Below are positions 37,312-47,577 of a DNA stretch of 60,336 nucleotides, piece after piece. Below the pieces are notes generated by a model. That model had not been told where the DNA came from and did no database searches. It was given only the letters and a program-made list of their open reading frames with translations. The translations under genes were made by a program, and so were the position numbers. How positions within the stretch are numbered: position 1 is the first letter of the stretch; each line of letters opens with the position of its first letter. Origin of the DNA: Oscillibacter sp. (GTDB lineage: Bacteria; Bacillota; Clostridia; Oscillospirales; Oscillospiraceae); contig DPGF01000072.1 of the NCBI GenBank assembly GCA_003522105.1, forward strand, positions 1 to 60,336, in the 5' to 3' direction.

Positions 37312-38433
37312 TTACTTGAGCAGCGACATGACCGTGTCGTAGATGCGCTTTGTCGCATCGGGAATGCCAAGCGTCGCCATGTTTTTCGACATCGCTTCCA
37401 TGCGCTGTGGATCGTTCAGAATGCCCGCCGCGGCGGCAAAGAGCTTCTTGCCGTCAAGGCCCTCTTCCGCAAGTACCAGCGCCGCGCCGTGGTCGCCGAG
37501 CAGCGCCGCGTTTTTCTCCTGATGGTGGTTCGTCACATTGGGCGAGGGCACCAGGATCGCCGGTACGCCGAGCGCCGTCAGCTCGCTGAGCGTGGACGCG
37601 CCCGCGCGGCAGATAACGAGGTCGGCGGCGCGCATGACGGTCGCCATATCGTAGATGTACTCGCGCACATCGAGCGCAGGGTGCTCAGTGATCTCCACCC
37701 CGTCGTCATGCATCCACTGCTGCATCGACTTCCAGCAGATCTCACCCACGCCGTGAATGTGGTGAAACGGCTCCTTCGCGCTCTCCAATGCAAGAAATTC
37801 TGCCATCGCGCGGTTCATCGCGCCCGAGCCGAGGCTCCCCCAGAAGGAAACGATCAAAGGCCGGCCGTCGTTCACGCCGAGCGCTTCCTTGGCCTGCTCC
37901 TTCGTCTTGATGAAGAAGTCGCCGCGCACGGGCGTGCCGGTCACGACCACTTTTTCCGGGTGCTTGTAGTGCGCGCGGCACTCTTCAAAACCGACCATGA
38001 TGCGCTCGCAATGAGACTCCAGCTGCCGCGTCGTCAGCCCCGGCACGATGTTCGACTCGTGTACCGCCGTGGGAATGCCCGCCTTCGCGCCGTAGCGCAC
38101 GAGCGGATAGCTCGCATAGCCGCCGGTACCGACGATGAGATCGGGACGGAAATCCTTCAAAATGGCGTTTGCCTCACGCTCGGCGTGGGCGAGGTTTTTG
38201 AGCGAGACAAGGTTGTGCCGGATCTCCGCAGGCCTGAACGAGCGGTGAAACGAAGAGATGTTCACCGTGCGGAAGGGGTAATCCGTGTGCGCGATCAAGT
38301 CGCGCTCCAGTCCGCGCTCCGCGCCGACGAATAAGATCTCCGTGCTTGCGTCCTTCTCGCGCAGATAGCCCGCGAGCGCGAGCGCGGGATTGACGTGCCC
38401 CGCCGTACCGCCGCAGGTAAAGATCACTTTCAT
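37312..38433 (-). CDS. murG: Lipid I N-acetylglucosamine transferase
   Basis: GGTAGHVNPA, GTGGY, HESN, GTPVR, RAGASTLSE and HQEKNA motifs. Confidence 0.96.
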   Translation of the reverse strand: MKVIFTCGGTAGHVNPALALAGYLREKDASTEILFVGAERGLERDLIAHTDYPFRTVNISSFHRSFRPAEIRHNLVSLKNLAHAEREANAILKDFRPDLIVGTGGYASYPLVRYGAKAGIPTAVHESNIVPGLTTRQLESHCERIMVGFEECRAHYKHPEKVVVTGTPVRGDFFIKTKEQAKEALGVNDGRPLIVSFWGSLGSGAMNRAMAEFLALESAKEPFHHIHGVGEICWKSMQQWMHDDGVEITEHPALDVREYIYDMATVMRAADLVICRAGASTLSELTALGVPAILVPSPNVTNHHQEKNAALLGDHGAALVLAEEGLDGKKLFAAAAGILNDPQRMEAMSKNMATLGIPDATKRIYDTVMSLLK

Positions 38434-38452
38434 GCCTTTTCTCCTTTCCACG

Positions 38453-39634
38453 CTAACGCATCTGGCGCGAAACGCTCAATACGATGCCGACCTCGGCAAG
38501 CTGCACGGCGAGCGCCGTGCCGCCGTAACTGAAAAACGGCAGGGAAATGCCCGTATTCGGGATCAGATTCGACACGACCGCGATGTTGAGAAATACCTGA
38601 AGCGCGATCTGCGTTGTCACGCCGACGGCAAGAAGGCTTCCGAAGCGGTCGCGTGCGTGCAGAGCGATCCAGTAGCCGCGGATGATGAGCAGCGCGAACA
38701 TGGCCATGATGATCGTCGCGCCGACCAAACCAAGCTCTTCGCAGATGATGGCGAAGATGAAATCGTTGTGCTCTTCGGGCAGGAAGAGGAACTTCTGCCG
38801 GCTCTTGCCGAGTCCTACACCGAACAGGCCGCCCGAGCCGATGGAAAGCAGGCTCTGGCGGATCTGGTAGCCCTTGTCACGCATCCACTCTTCGTTGAAC
38901 GGGTCGAGCCAGATGTCGATTCGGCTCGAATTGTAGGTGATAAGTCCTGTTGCAAAGGCGTACGCTACAAAGGCAACGACCACAAAGCCTGCAAACACCC
39001 AGTAGTTGCGAATGCCGCCGACGTACATCATCACCGCGCCGATGCCAAGCAGCAGCACCATGCCGGAAAGGTGCGGCTCCAATCCCATGAGAATGGCAAT
39101 CGTGGCAAGAATTCCCGCATAAGTGAGGATCCCTTCGCGGAAGGTGGCCATTCGATCTCTCTTTTTTGAAATGCTGTCGGCAAAGTAGAGGATCACGCCG
39201 ACCTTGGCAAGCTCAGACGGCTGAAACTGGAGGGGGCCCATACGGATCCAGCGCTGTGCGCCGTGCGTCAGTTTACCCGTACCGACGCCGGGGATCAAAA
39301 CGATCACCAGCAAAATGATCGAACCGATCAGCGCGATGCGCGCCGCGCCGCGGAATCGTTCATAGTTGGTCTTACCGATGATGTCCATCGCCACAATACC
39401 GACCACCGCAAACAGGCCCTGACGAATCAGGTAGTAGGCTGGGTTGCCCTTTTCGTAGTAGGCGGATGGAAAGCTCGCGGAAAACAGCATGATGAGTCCC
39501 ACGCCCACGAGCATGAGCACCAGAAGAAGATAGGGAAGATCCAGCGGCCCACGGCCCGCTTCGCGCGCCGCCGCCTCGATGGCTTTCGCGCGCTCGCGCT
39601 GCTCCTGCCGCAGCAGGCGCTCCTCCTTGGTCAT
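38453..39634 (-). CDS. ftsW: SEDS family peptidoglycan glycosyltransferase FtsW/SpoVE
   Basis: GAQRWI, FQPSELAK, LPEEHNDFIFAIICEELG and LPFFSYGGT motifs. Confidence 0.92.
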   Translation of the reverse strand: MTKEERLLRQEQRERAKAIEAAAREAGRGPLDLPYLLLVLMLVGVGLIMLFSASFPSAYYEKGNPAYYLIRQGLFAVVGIVAMDIIGKTNYERFRGAARIALIGSIILLVIVLIPGVGTGKLTHGAQRWIRMGPLQFQPSELAKVGVILYFADSISKKRDRMATFREGILTYAGILATIAILMGLEPHLSGMVLLLGIGAVMMYVGGIRNYWVFAGFVVVAFVAYAFATGLITYNSSRIDIWLDPFNEEWMRDKGYQIRQSLLSIGSGGLFGVGLGKSRQKFLFLPEEHNDFIFAIICEELGLVGATIIMAMFALLIIRGYWIALHARDRFGSLLAVGVTTQIALQVFLNIAVVSNLIPNTGISLPFFSYGGTALAVQLAEVGIVLSVSRQMR

Positions 39635-39880
39635 GCGCTCTTCCCCCTTTCATTCGACTCAAAATTGTGCAGCGCGCAATTCTGAGCGCCATTTAAGTGT
39701 CACATGCTTTGCCACCCGCAGACGGAAAGCAAGCCAAATCTGTCGCGGAGGACGACCAGCGCGCGTCATTGCGCCCCGTCCCTTTGCCGCCCGCAGGCGG
39801 CAAATAATTTTGATCATTTTTCGCCGCGACCTGCGCGTGGCGAAAAATACTTCCATTTTTGAGAAACGGCAAGCCGTTTC

Positions 39881-40870
39881 TCAAAAATGAAATCGGTTCA
39901 TGACGCCGAATATCGCTGCGATGCAGCCCAGCAGACTCACGCTCGTAAAGATAGCGACGAGCTTCACCTCACTCCAGCCGCAAAGCTCAAAGTGGTGGTG
40001 CAGCGGCGCCATTTTGAACAGGCGCTTGCCGTGTGTCGCCTTGAAGTAGCCGACCTGCAAAATATCGGAAAGCGTCTCGCAGATGTAAACAAAGCCGACA
40101 GGGATCAGCACAAGAGGCATATCATAGGCAAAGGCCAGCGCCGCCACCGTACCGCCGAGAAACAGCGAGCCAGTATCGCCCATGAAAACCTTGGCCGGGT
40201 GGAAATTATAGATAAGGAAGCCGAGCAAACCGCCGACGAGCGCCGCGGAATAAATGCCGAGCTGGTCATAGCCTTTCCACCAGATGGAAAGCACCGCAAA
40301 GAAGAGTCCCACCGGCACCGTCACGCTGCCGGCCAGGCCGTCGATACCGTCGGTGATGTTGACGGCGTTGACCGTACCCACGATGACAAAGGCCGCAAAC
40401 ACCATGTAGACCGGCCAGCTCATCACAAAGCTCTTGTTAAAAAACGGCACATAGAGGTTTGGCGTCAGCATGCCCTCAAAGCGCATCAGGCAGAGGAACG
40501 CGACCGCCGCGGCGAGCTGCAGCAGGAACTTCTGAATGGCGGTCAGGCCGAGATTCTGCTTGTGCTTCACCTTTTCAAAGTCGTCTAAAAAGCCGATGAC
40601 GCCGAAGATGAGCGCAAAGGCAAAGATATAAAGGTGCTTGAGATCTCCCGCCATCATGCCCTTCCAGCCGCAGACAAGAATGGACACCAGAATGCCGAGA
40701 ATGAACATCAGTCCGCCCATCGTCGGCGTGCCGGCCTTTCCGGCGTGCCAGGTGGGGCCGTCCTCGCGGATGCTCTGTCCCGCTTTCAGCTTGCGCAGCT
40801 CAGGAACCAGAAACTTTCCCGTGATCGCGGAGACCGCGAAGCTCAGTATGCAGGCAATGATGATCTTCAT
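39881..40870 (-). CDS. mraY: Phospho-N-acetylmuramoyl-pentapeptide transferase
   Basis: KAGTPTMGG, GFLDD, NAVNITDGIDGL, VFMGDTGS and MAPLHHHFE motifs. Confidence 0.96.
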   Translation of the reverse strand: MKIIIACILSFAVSAITGKFLVPELRKLKAGQSIREDGPTWHAGKAGTPTMGGLMFILGILVSILVCGWKGMMAGDLKHLYIFAFALIFGVIGFLDDFEKVKHKQNLGLTAIQKFLLQLAAAVAFLCLMRFEGMLTPNLYVPFFNKSFVMSWPVYMVFAAFVIVGTVNAVNITDGIDGLAGSVTVPVGLFFAVLSIWWKGYDQLGIYSAALVGGLLGFLIYNFHPAKVFMGDTGSLFLGGTVAALAFAYDMPLVLIPVGFVYICETLSDILQVGYFKATHGKRLFKMAPLHHHFELCGWSEVKLVAIFTSVSLLGCIAAIFGVMNRFHF

Positions 40871-42356
40871 ATTCGTTTTCCTTCGCCGCCGCAGCGGCTT
40901 CCTTCCTTTGTACTTGCGCGAACATCTCGCGCACAACCTCCCTCTCGTCGAGGTGGTATTTTGTCGTTCCGATCTCCTGATCGGTCTCGTGTCCCTTTCC
41001 GCAGAGGACGAGCACATCGCCCTCTTTCGCCTCGCACAGCGCAAAGCCGATGGCCTTGCGCCGGTCTTCCACGACGGCAAACGGCGTTTTGCTCTCCAAA
41101 AGCGCGGGCAGAATGTCGCGCAGGATCGCGTAGGGATCTTCGGTGCGTGGATTGTCGCTCGTGAGAACGACAAAGTCCGAAAGCGCCGCGGCAATGCGTC
41201 CCATGCGGGGACGCTTCGATTTGTCGCGGTCTCCCCCGCAGCCAAAAAGTGCGATCACGCGCCCGTCGGCAAAGCCGCAGACGGTGGAAAGGATATTTTT
41301 CAGTCCGTCCGGCGTGTGGGCATAGTCGATGATAACGGTAAACGGTGCAGAAAGCGGCACGACCTCGCATCGGCCCTTCACGCCGATGCAGCCTTGCAGC
41401 GCTTCCGCGAGCGCGTGCAGCGGCACGCCGAGCGCCTGCACGGCGCAGAGCGCCGCAAGCGCATTATAGAGCGAAAAGCCGCCGGGAATGCCGATCCTTG
41501 TCTCCTCATGGTCAAGATCGGTGCAGGCGGTAAAGCGCACACCGTCGTTTTCGTAGCGGGCGCGCCAGCCGACAAGATCGTTCGTCATATCCTGCCCGAA
41601 TGTCACACTTTCGCCCGCAAAGCGAGCGAGCAGCCGCTCCGTCCACGGATCGTCGCCATTGACACAGGCGATGTCGCACTGGTCGAAAAGGCGCGCTTTT
41701 GCCTCGCAATAGGCTTCCATCGTGCCGTGATAGTCGAGGTGATCCTGCGTCAGATTCGTAAAAACGCCGACGCGAAAGCGGATCCCCTCCACCCTTTTTT
41801 GCATCAGCGCATGGGAGGAGACCTCCATCACCGCGTAAGTACAGCCCGCATCGACCATCTGGGCGAGCAGGCGCTGCAAGGTCAGCGCGTCGGGCGTGGT
41901 GCGCTCTGCCGGAACGGCACTTTCTCCGATCAGGTTCTGATTCGTGCCGATGAGTCCGACCTTCGCGCCCTTCGTGCGCTCCAGCAGCTGCTTGATCAGA
42001 CAGGTCGTGGTTGTTTTGCCGTTCGTGCCGGTCACACCGACCACGGTGAGTTTTCCCGCCGGAGTACCATACCATACCGCCGCGCAAAGCGCAAGCGCTT
42101 TGTGCGCATCGGGCACAAGAATGTAGGGGATCTCCGTTTCCGGCGGCTGCTCGCACACGGCGCAGGCTGCGCCGCGCGCCTTTGCTTCGGCGATATAGTC
42201 GCCGCCGTCCTCTTTTTCCCCCGGCAGGGCGAAAAAGAGCGTTCCTTCCCCCGTTTCGCGGGAATCGAGCGCAAGGCCGCCGATCGTCAGATCCTGCGGC
42301 GCATGCACTTCCTTTTCTTTCAATACGGAAACAAGCTCAGATAACTGCGTTTTCAA
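40800..42356 (-). CDS. murE: UDP-MurNAc-tripeptide synthetase (mDAP ligase)
   Basis: GVTGTNGKTT, MEVSSH, DHLDYH, DYAHTPD and DNPR (mDAP-specific) motifs; TTG start with AAAGGA RBS. Confidence 0.95.
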   Translation of the reverse strand: MKTQLSELVSVLKEKEVHAPQDLTIGGLALDSRETGEGTLFFALPGEKEDGGDYIAEAKARGAACAVCEQPPETEIPYILVPDAHKALALCAAVWYGTPAGKLTVVGVTGTNGKTTTTCLIKQLLERTKGAKVGLIGTNQNLIGESAVPAERTTPDALTLQRLLAQMVDAGCTYAVMEVSSHALMQKRVEGIRFRVGVFTNLTQDHLDYHGTMEAYCEAKARLFDQCDIACVNGDDPWTERLLARFAGESVTFGQDMTNDLVGWRARYENDGVRFTACTDLDHEETRIGIPGGFSLYNALAALCAVQALGVPLHALAEALQGCIGVKGRCEVVPLSAPFTVIIDYAHTPDGLKNILSTVCGFADGRVIALFGCGGDRDKSKRPRMGRIAAALSDFVVLTSDNPRTEDPYAILRDILPALLESKTPFAVVEDRRKAIGFALCEAKEGDVLVLCGKGHETDQEIGTTKYHLDEREVVREMFAQVQRKEAAAAAKENEYEDHHCLHTELRGLRDHGKVSGS

Positions 42357-42387
42357 AAATTCCTTTCGGAATTGGGTCTTGCTGTCT

Positions 42388-44616
42388 TTAGTCGCGCACC
42401 GAGCTGTCGCTGAACTGAACGCGCACGACCGCGCCCGCCTCGACCTCTGTGCCCGCCGCGATGCTCTGCGAGATGGCGCGCACGGTGGACGAGCTTGCGT
42501 TCGTTGCGCCGGAAACACCCATGATAAGCCCCGCGTTCACGATCTTCTGGTTCGCGGTCGCGGCGCTGTCGCCCACGACATTCGGCACGATGCATTTCTC
42601 GCCCGATTTCTCCGCGCCGAGGTAGAGAATGATCTCTGCGCTGTTGGGCACGATCGCGCCGCCCGCGGGCGTCTGGTCGGTGACGGTGTCGCCGCTGCCG
42701 ACGGTGCGGAAGCTGAAGCCGTTCGCGCTCAGGCGCTCGGCCGCCGCGTCCTTTGAAAGGCCGACAACGTTCGGCACGGTTTTATCCGCGCCGACAAGTT
42801 CTTCGGCGGTGTAGCTCGGCTCGATGCCGAGATACGGCAGGATCTCACCCATCACGGAGCTTGCCACGGGCGCGACCATGTTACCGCCGGAAACATAGGT
42901 TCCGGTCCACTTGTTCGGTTCATCGAGCGTGAGAAGCATCATCACCTGCGGATCGTCCGCAGGGGCAAAGCACACGAAGGAAACGATAACGTTGCCGCCA
43001 ACCTTATCGGCTGTGCCCGTCTTGCCGCCGATGCGGTAGCCCGCGACCTGGCCGTTTTTACCCGTGCCGGTGGTCACTTCGTATTCCATAATATCGCGCA
43101 CGAGCGCGGAGGTCTCCGCAGAGATGACCTGACGAATGGGCGTTGCGTCGTGCCGGGAGACAACATTGCCGTCCTGATCGGTGATCTCTTCCACAAGATA
43201 CGGCGTGTAGAGATAGCCGCCATTGACGCAGGCGCACTGCGCCGCAAGCAGCGCAACGGGCGTGACGTTGAAGTTCTGGCCGAAGGCATAGCACGCCAGG
43301 GCAAGCGTTGAATACTTGATCTCACTGTTGGCAAAGCCGCTGGCCTCGCCCGTGGTGTCGATGCCGGTCTTTTCCAGCAAGCCGAAATCCTGCATGTACT
43401 GGTAGAATTTCGCGTTGCCGACGCGAAGGCCGATGTTGATGAACGCGGGGTTGCAGGAGTTTGCAAACGCCTGCGTCAGATTCTGCTGGCCGTGGCCGAC
43501 GCGCTTGGAGCACCAGATCTTCTGACCTTCGATGGTGGTGTTGCCGCCGCAGTAGAAGCCCGTGTTCAGATCGACGACGTTTTCCTCAAGCGCCATGGCG
43601 AGCGTGAGCGTTTTGAAGGTGGAACCCGGCTCATAGGTATCGTTGATGGCCTTGCTGCGCCACTGCTTGTTGAGAAGATCCTTCATGTTCTCCTCGATCT
43701 GCTCCTCCGTCATGCCGGAGGTCAGAAAATCGTTGTAGACCTTGCCGGGAGCGTTCAGATCGTACGTCGGGAGCGACGCCATCGCCAGTACCGCGCCGGT
43801 GTTGACGTCCATGACGATGCCCGTTGCGCCCTTTCCCGTGCCGAAGCGTGCCTCCAGCTCCTGCACGCCCTTTTCAAGGTAATACTGAATGGTGGTGTCG
43901 AGCGTCGTGTGCAGGTCGCAGCCGTTTTCCGCGTCGAAATACTGGTCATACTGGTAGAGCACGGAGCGGCCGTCGCGGTCGCGCGCGGTGACGACCATGC
44001 CGTTTTCACCGGTCAGTTCGTCGTTATAGGTCGCCTCCAGTCCCATCGAGCCGCCGTTGTCGTTGGCAAAGCCGATGACCTGCGAGGCAAGCGTCCCCTT
44101 GGGATAGCTGCGCTTGCTCGTCGGGCGCAGGAAAACGCCCCTGAGTTCATTCTCGTTGATGAATTCCCGCACCTTGTCGGCAAGCTCATCGTCCGCTTTT
44201 TTCTTGAGGATCTCGTACTGAGAATTTGTTTTCTCCATCTTTTTGAGAATGTCAGCAGCGTCGAGGTTCAGGATCTCAGCAAGGCCGTTTGCGATCAGGT
44301 TCTGATCCTGATCGTTCTCGACGATCTCCTTGGGCGAGAGAAAAATATCCTCCGCCGAGGCGGACATCGCAAGGATCGTACCGTTTCTGTCGTAAATGGT
44401 GCCGCGGCTCGCCTCCACCGTGGTGCGCAGCGTCTGCTGCCGCACGGCGACGGACTGAAGCTCATCGTGCTCGGTGATCTGCCAGTGATAAAGCTTGGCA
44501 AAGAGCAGCACGAAAGTCAGCACGCCGAACACGCCGAGCAACAGCAGCGTTCTTGTCTGAATGATGCGGTTTGCCCGTCGCGCGGATTCGGGACGTCTTT
44601 TTTGGGGTTGTGCCAC
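42388..44616 (-). CDS. Class B PBP (FtsI/SpoVD-like) with two PASTA domains
   Basis: RGTIYDRNG, EPGSTFK (SxxK), SCN and KTGTA motifs; two VPNVVG PASTA repeats. Confidence 0.93.
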   Translation of the reverse strand: MAQPQKRRPESARRANRIIQTRTLLLLGVFGVLTFVLLFAKLYHWQITEHDELQSVAVRQQTLRTTVEASRGTIYDRNGTILAMSASAEDIFLSPKEIVENDQDQNLIANGLAEILNLDAADILKKMEKTNSQYEILKKKADDELADKVREFINENELRGVFLRPTSKRSYPKGTLASQVIGFANDNGGSMGLEATYNDELTGENGMVVTARDRDGRSVLYQYDQYFDAENGCDLHTTLDTTIQYYLEKGVQELEARFGTGKGATGIVMDVNTGAVLAMASLPTYDLNAPGKVYNDFLTSGMTEEQIEENMKDLLNKQWRSKAINDTYEPGSTFKTLTLAMALEENVVDLNTGFYCGGNTTIEGQKIWCSKRVGHGQQNLTQAFANSCNPAFINIGLRVGNAKFYQYMQDFGLLEKTGIDTTGEASGFANSEIKYSTLALACYAFGQNFNVTPVALLAAQCACVNGGYLYTPYLVEEITDQDGNVVSRHDATPIRQVISAETSALVRDIMEYEVTTGTGKNGQVAGYRIGGKTGTADKVGGNVIVSFVCFAPADDPQVMMLLTLDEPNKWTGTYVSGGNMVAPVASSVMGEILPYLGIEPSYTAEELVGADKTVPNVVGLSKDAAAERLSANGFSFRTVGSGDTVTDQTPAGGAIVPNSAEIILYLGAEKSGEKCIVPNVVGDSAATANQKIVNAGLIMGVSGATNASSSTVRAISQSIAAGTEVEAGAVVRVQFSDSSVRD

Positions 44617-44684
44617 TGCTGTTCATCCTCCTTAAAGATGGAAAAGGAGTAAGGAAGCTCCTTACTCCTTATGTATAGCTTCGC

Positions 44685-45263
44685 TCATTTGAAATATTCC
44701 ACCACCGCACATACGCCGTTGCCAAGCGATGTGAGCGCCCGAGCCAGCACGTTCTGGCTCTTCTGCTGATAGACGACCACGCTGTCAGCTTCCGACAGGT
44801 CGATATAGTAGACCTGTGAGGCGCTTGGCTTGGCCATACCGGCCGCGGCCGCCGCCTCTTTGATGGTGGTGAGATCAAAGGTTTTTTCATAACGCGTGAG
44901 CAGCGCGACATGCTCGTCCTCGAGCGCAGCGATCTCCTTCTGCACGGAAACGACCTGCGAAGAGATCTCGGTAAGCTGCGCACGGCACAGGATCATCAGC
45001 GCGACCATGGCAGTCAGTGCCGCAAAGCCGCACAGTGCGCCGAGCGAGACCTTCTCGCGTTGGCGGCGGACGGGTGCAGCTTTCTTCTGCACCTTCCGCT
45101 GCGGCGGGCGCATAAATTCTTCGCGCTGATGCTCGCGCTCATATTCCTGCTCGCGGCGCAGTCTGCGCTGGCGCTCTTCGTAGGCAGGATCGTAAGCGAG
45201 ATTGCCATTGACTCGTCCGCTGTAGCGGCGGTATTTCATGTTCTGCTCTCTGCGGTTGGCCAT
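44685..45263 (-). CDS. FtsL-like cell division protein
   Basis: GNLAYD motif, single TM, coiled coil; located between rsmH and the PBP. Confidence 0.7.
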   Translation of the reverse strand: MANRREQNMKYRRYSGRVNGNLAYDPAYEERQRRLRREQEYEREHQREEFMRPPQRKVQKKAAPVRRQREKVSLGALCGFAALTAMVALMILCRAQLTEISSQVVSVQKEIAALEDEHVALLTRYEKTFDLTTIKEAAAAAGMAKPSASQVYYIDLSEADSVVVYQQKSQNVLARALTSLGNGVCAVVEYFK

Positions 45264-45299
45264 GGCGATCTCCTTTCTTTTGCGTATTCTTTGCTGTTG

Positions 45300-46238
45300 T
45301 CAGCACTTTTCTGCGACGCGCAGCTTTGCGCTGCGGGCGCGGGGATTTTCGGCAAGCTCTTCCTCGTTCGACACGATGGGCTTTCGCGTAATGAGCTTTA
45401 CCTTCGGTTTTCTGCCGCACACGCACACCGGGAATTCCGGCGGGCAAATGCAGCCCTGTGCAAGCTCCTGGAGCTTTTTCTTAACAATTCGGTCCTCAAG
45501 CGAGTGGAACGTAATGACCGCAAGCCGTCCGCCGCTTTTGAGGTTCTTCTCTGCCGCGTCGAGCATCGGCGGAAGCTCGCCCAGCTCGTCGTTCACGGCG
45601 ATGCGGATGGCCTGAAAGCTGCGCTTGGCGGGGTGCTGCTTTTCGCGCAGCGCGCTCGCCGGCATCGCTGAGCGGATCAGGTCTGCAAGCTCAAGCGTTG
45701 TCTCGATGGTTCTCTGCTCGCGGTACGCGCAGATCTTCTTTGCAATGGCGGGCGCGTAGCGCTCCTCACCGTATTCAAAGAGAATGCGCCGCAGCTCTTC
45801 ATAGGACCAGGTGTTCACCACCTCGTGCGCCGTCAGAGCGGCGGACTCGTCCATGCGCATGTCGAGCGGCGCGTCCTGCTTGTAGGAAAAACCACGCTGT
45901 GCCTCGTCAAGCTGCGGGGAGGAAACGCCGAGGTCAAAGAGCATTCCGTCCACACCGCGGACGCCCAGCTCGTACAACACAGAGTCAAGCGCGCTGAAGT
46001 TGCTGTGGACGAGCGTGACCTTATCGAGATAGTCGCCGAGGCGGCGGTTCGCCGCTTCGATGGCGGTCTCGTCGCGGTCGAGCGCGATGAGCCTGCCCGT
46101 TGTCAGGCGGCGCACGATCTCGAGCGAATGGCCGGCGCGGCCGAGCGTGCCGTCCACATAAATGCCGTCAGGCTTGATGGCGAGCGCATCGAGGCACTCG
46201 TGCAGCAGCACCGACTTATGACCGTAGTTCTCTTCCAT
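45300..46238 (-). CDS. rsmH: 16S rRNA m4C1402 methyltransferase
   Basis: HKSVLL, DLGVSSPQLD, LDMRM, FHSLEDR and NPRARSAKLR motifs. Confidence 0.97.
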   Translation of the reverse strand: MEENYGHKSVLLHECLDALAIKPDGIYVDGTLGRAGHSLEIVRRLTTGRLIALDRDETAIEAANRRLGDYLDKVTLVHSNFSALDSVLYELGVRGVDGMLFDLGVSSPQLDEAQRGFSYKQDAPLDMRMDESAALTAHEVVNTWSYEELRRILFEYGEERYAPAIAKKICAYREQRTIETTLELADLIRSAMPASALREKQHPAKRSFQAIRIAVNDELGELPPMLDAAEKNLKSGGRLAVITFHSLEDRIVKKKLQELAQGCICPPEFPVCVCGRKPKVKLITRKPIVSNEEELAENPRARSAKLRVAEKC

Positions 46239-46239
46239 A

Positions 46240-46656
46240 TCAGAATCCCAACTCTTCCATCACGGCGGCCAGATTCTCGGGGTTGAGTTCCGCGGCCTCG
46301 ATCTCTGCCCACTTCTCCGCGTTCCAGATCTCGGCGCGGTTCGACACGCCGATCACGACCACATCTTTTTCAAGATGGGCGTAGGCTCTGAGCTTCTGCG
46401 GAAGCACGATGCGTCCCTGCGCATCTGGCTCGCACTTGGCGGCATTGGCAAAGAGCGGGCGCATGGCCTTGGTCTTTGTGTAGGGCAGACCTTCAAACTT
46501 TTCGGTAAAGCGCGCCCAGGAAGCGTCGGAATAAACGCTCAGGCAAGAATCCATGCCCATGGTGACATAAAACGTGTCGCCCAGTTCCTCGCGCAGCTTC
46601 GCAGGAATAAAGAGCCGCCCCTTGGCATCGATCGTATGCTGATACTGACCTGTCAC
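46240..46656 (-). CDS. mraZ: Division/cell wall cluster repressor MraZ
   Basis: IDAKGRLFIP and DAQGRI repeats; GTG start with AAGGAGG RBS. Confidence 0.95.
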   Translation of the reverse strand: MTGQYQHTIDAKGRLFIPAKLREELGDTFYVTMGMDSCLSVYSDASWARFTEKFEGLPYTKTKAMRPLFANAAKCEPDAQGRIVLPQKLRAYAHLEKDVVVIGVSNRAEIWNAEKWAEIEAAELNPENLAAVMEELGF

Positions 46657-46792
46657 GGCGGCTCCCTCCTTTTTTGGTATTTGGGGCATCGCGGGGGCGC
46701 GAAAGCGCGGCCTTTTCCCGTTTTCCGAAAAAGCCGTGCCGCGCTTGTCCTGATGCTCACGTGGGAAAGAAAACCATTTTCATGGTATGATG

Positions 46793-46847
46793 CCCCACTT
46801 TTCCCCACCTTTGCTTTGAGTATACGAGATTCACATAAAAAATGCAA
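46793..46847 (-). promoter_or_regulatory. dcw promoter with MraZ-type direct repeats
   Basis: TTGCAT, 17-bp spacer, TATACT (46847-46819), followed by GTGGGG-AAAA-GTGGGG with a 10-bp period (46808-46793). Confidence 0.7.
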
Positions 46848-46950
46848 GCAGAAATTTCCCTGCGTTTTCAAGGCTTTTGCCGCTTTTTCCCGCAAAAAAG
46901 CGGCCGCCGCGCGTCTCTTTTGAAACCTTTGTTCTACTTTTATTTTGAAC

Positions 46951-46990
46951 AAAAAAGAGCCGCCACAATATCTTGTGGCGGCTCTTTTTC
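46951..46990 (-). terminator. Terminator of the rsmD-coaD operon
   Basis: AAAAAGAGCCGCCACAA / TTGTGGCGGCTCTTTTT. Confidence 0.8.
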
Positions 46991-47061
46991 TTGTGTCCAA
47001 ATATAGATTATGTCTACCAATTTTGTCGGTTTTTGTCACTTTTGACAATTTTTCATTGTAC

Positions 47062-47577
47062 TTACGCTTGTTTTTCAGCGGACTGTGCCAGTTCCTCGCG
47101 TTTTTTCTGCATCTGCGCTACAGATGCGGCACGGAAGTCGGAACGGGACTGCTGCACCTCGGCCAGCGCCATCTGAATGGCCTCCTCGGTGCGGCGCAGC
47201 GCATCTTCCGTGTATTCGTTGGCAACGCGGTACATCTCGCGGCTGCGATCTTCGGCGCGCTTGATGATCTCGCGGCTGCGATCACGCGCAGCGGTAAGCA
47301 CCTCAGTCTCGGAGACCTTGGCTTTCGCGTCCAGTTCAGCCTGCTGCATCATGCGCTCCACATCGCGCTTGGCAGCCTTGACATAATCCTCCTTCGCGCG
47401 GATCAGCTCCTGCGCGCGCGCGAGCTCCACCGGCAGCTGTGCGCGGATCTCATCAAGCAGATCAAGCGCCTCATCGCGGTTCAAAATGCACCTATCGCTC
47501 GACAGCGGCGCATTCTTCGCCCCGTCGATCATCTCATAAAGCATATCCAGAAGATGCTGCACATCATTGTTCGCCAT
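47062..47577 (-). CDS. Conserved coiled-coil protein (coaD-associated)
   Basis: LLDML.EMI..AK.APLS...LP.EL..A followed by a long heptad region. Confidence 0.75.
   Translation of the reverse strand: MANNDVQHLLDMLYEMIDGAKNAPLSSDRCILNRDEALDLLDEIRAQLPVELARAQELIRAKEDYVKAAKRDVERMMQQAELDAKAKVSETEVLTAARDRSREIIKRAEDRSREMYRVANEYTEDALRRTEEAIQMALAEVQQSRSDFRAASVAQMQKKREELAQSAEKQA

Noticed and set aside
44644..44670. Hairpin AAGGAGTAAGGA/TCCTTACTCCTT between ftsL and the PBP gene as a novel regulatory element
   Set aside because: Short U-tract and a single copy; most simply a weak intra-operon terminator or stability hairpin.
47062..47577. ATP synthase/V-ATPase subunit
   Set aside because: The resemblance is generic coiled coil and there is no ATPase operon context.
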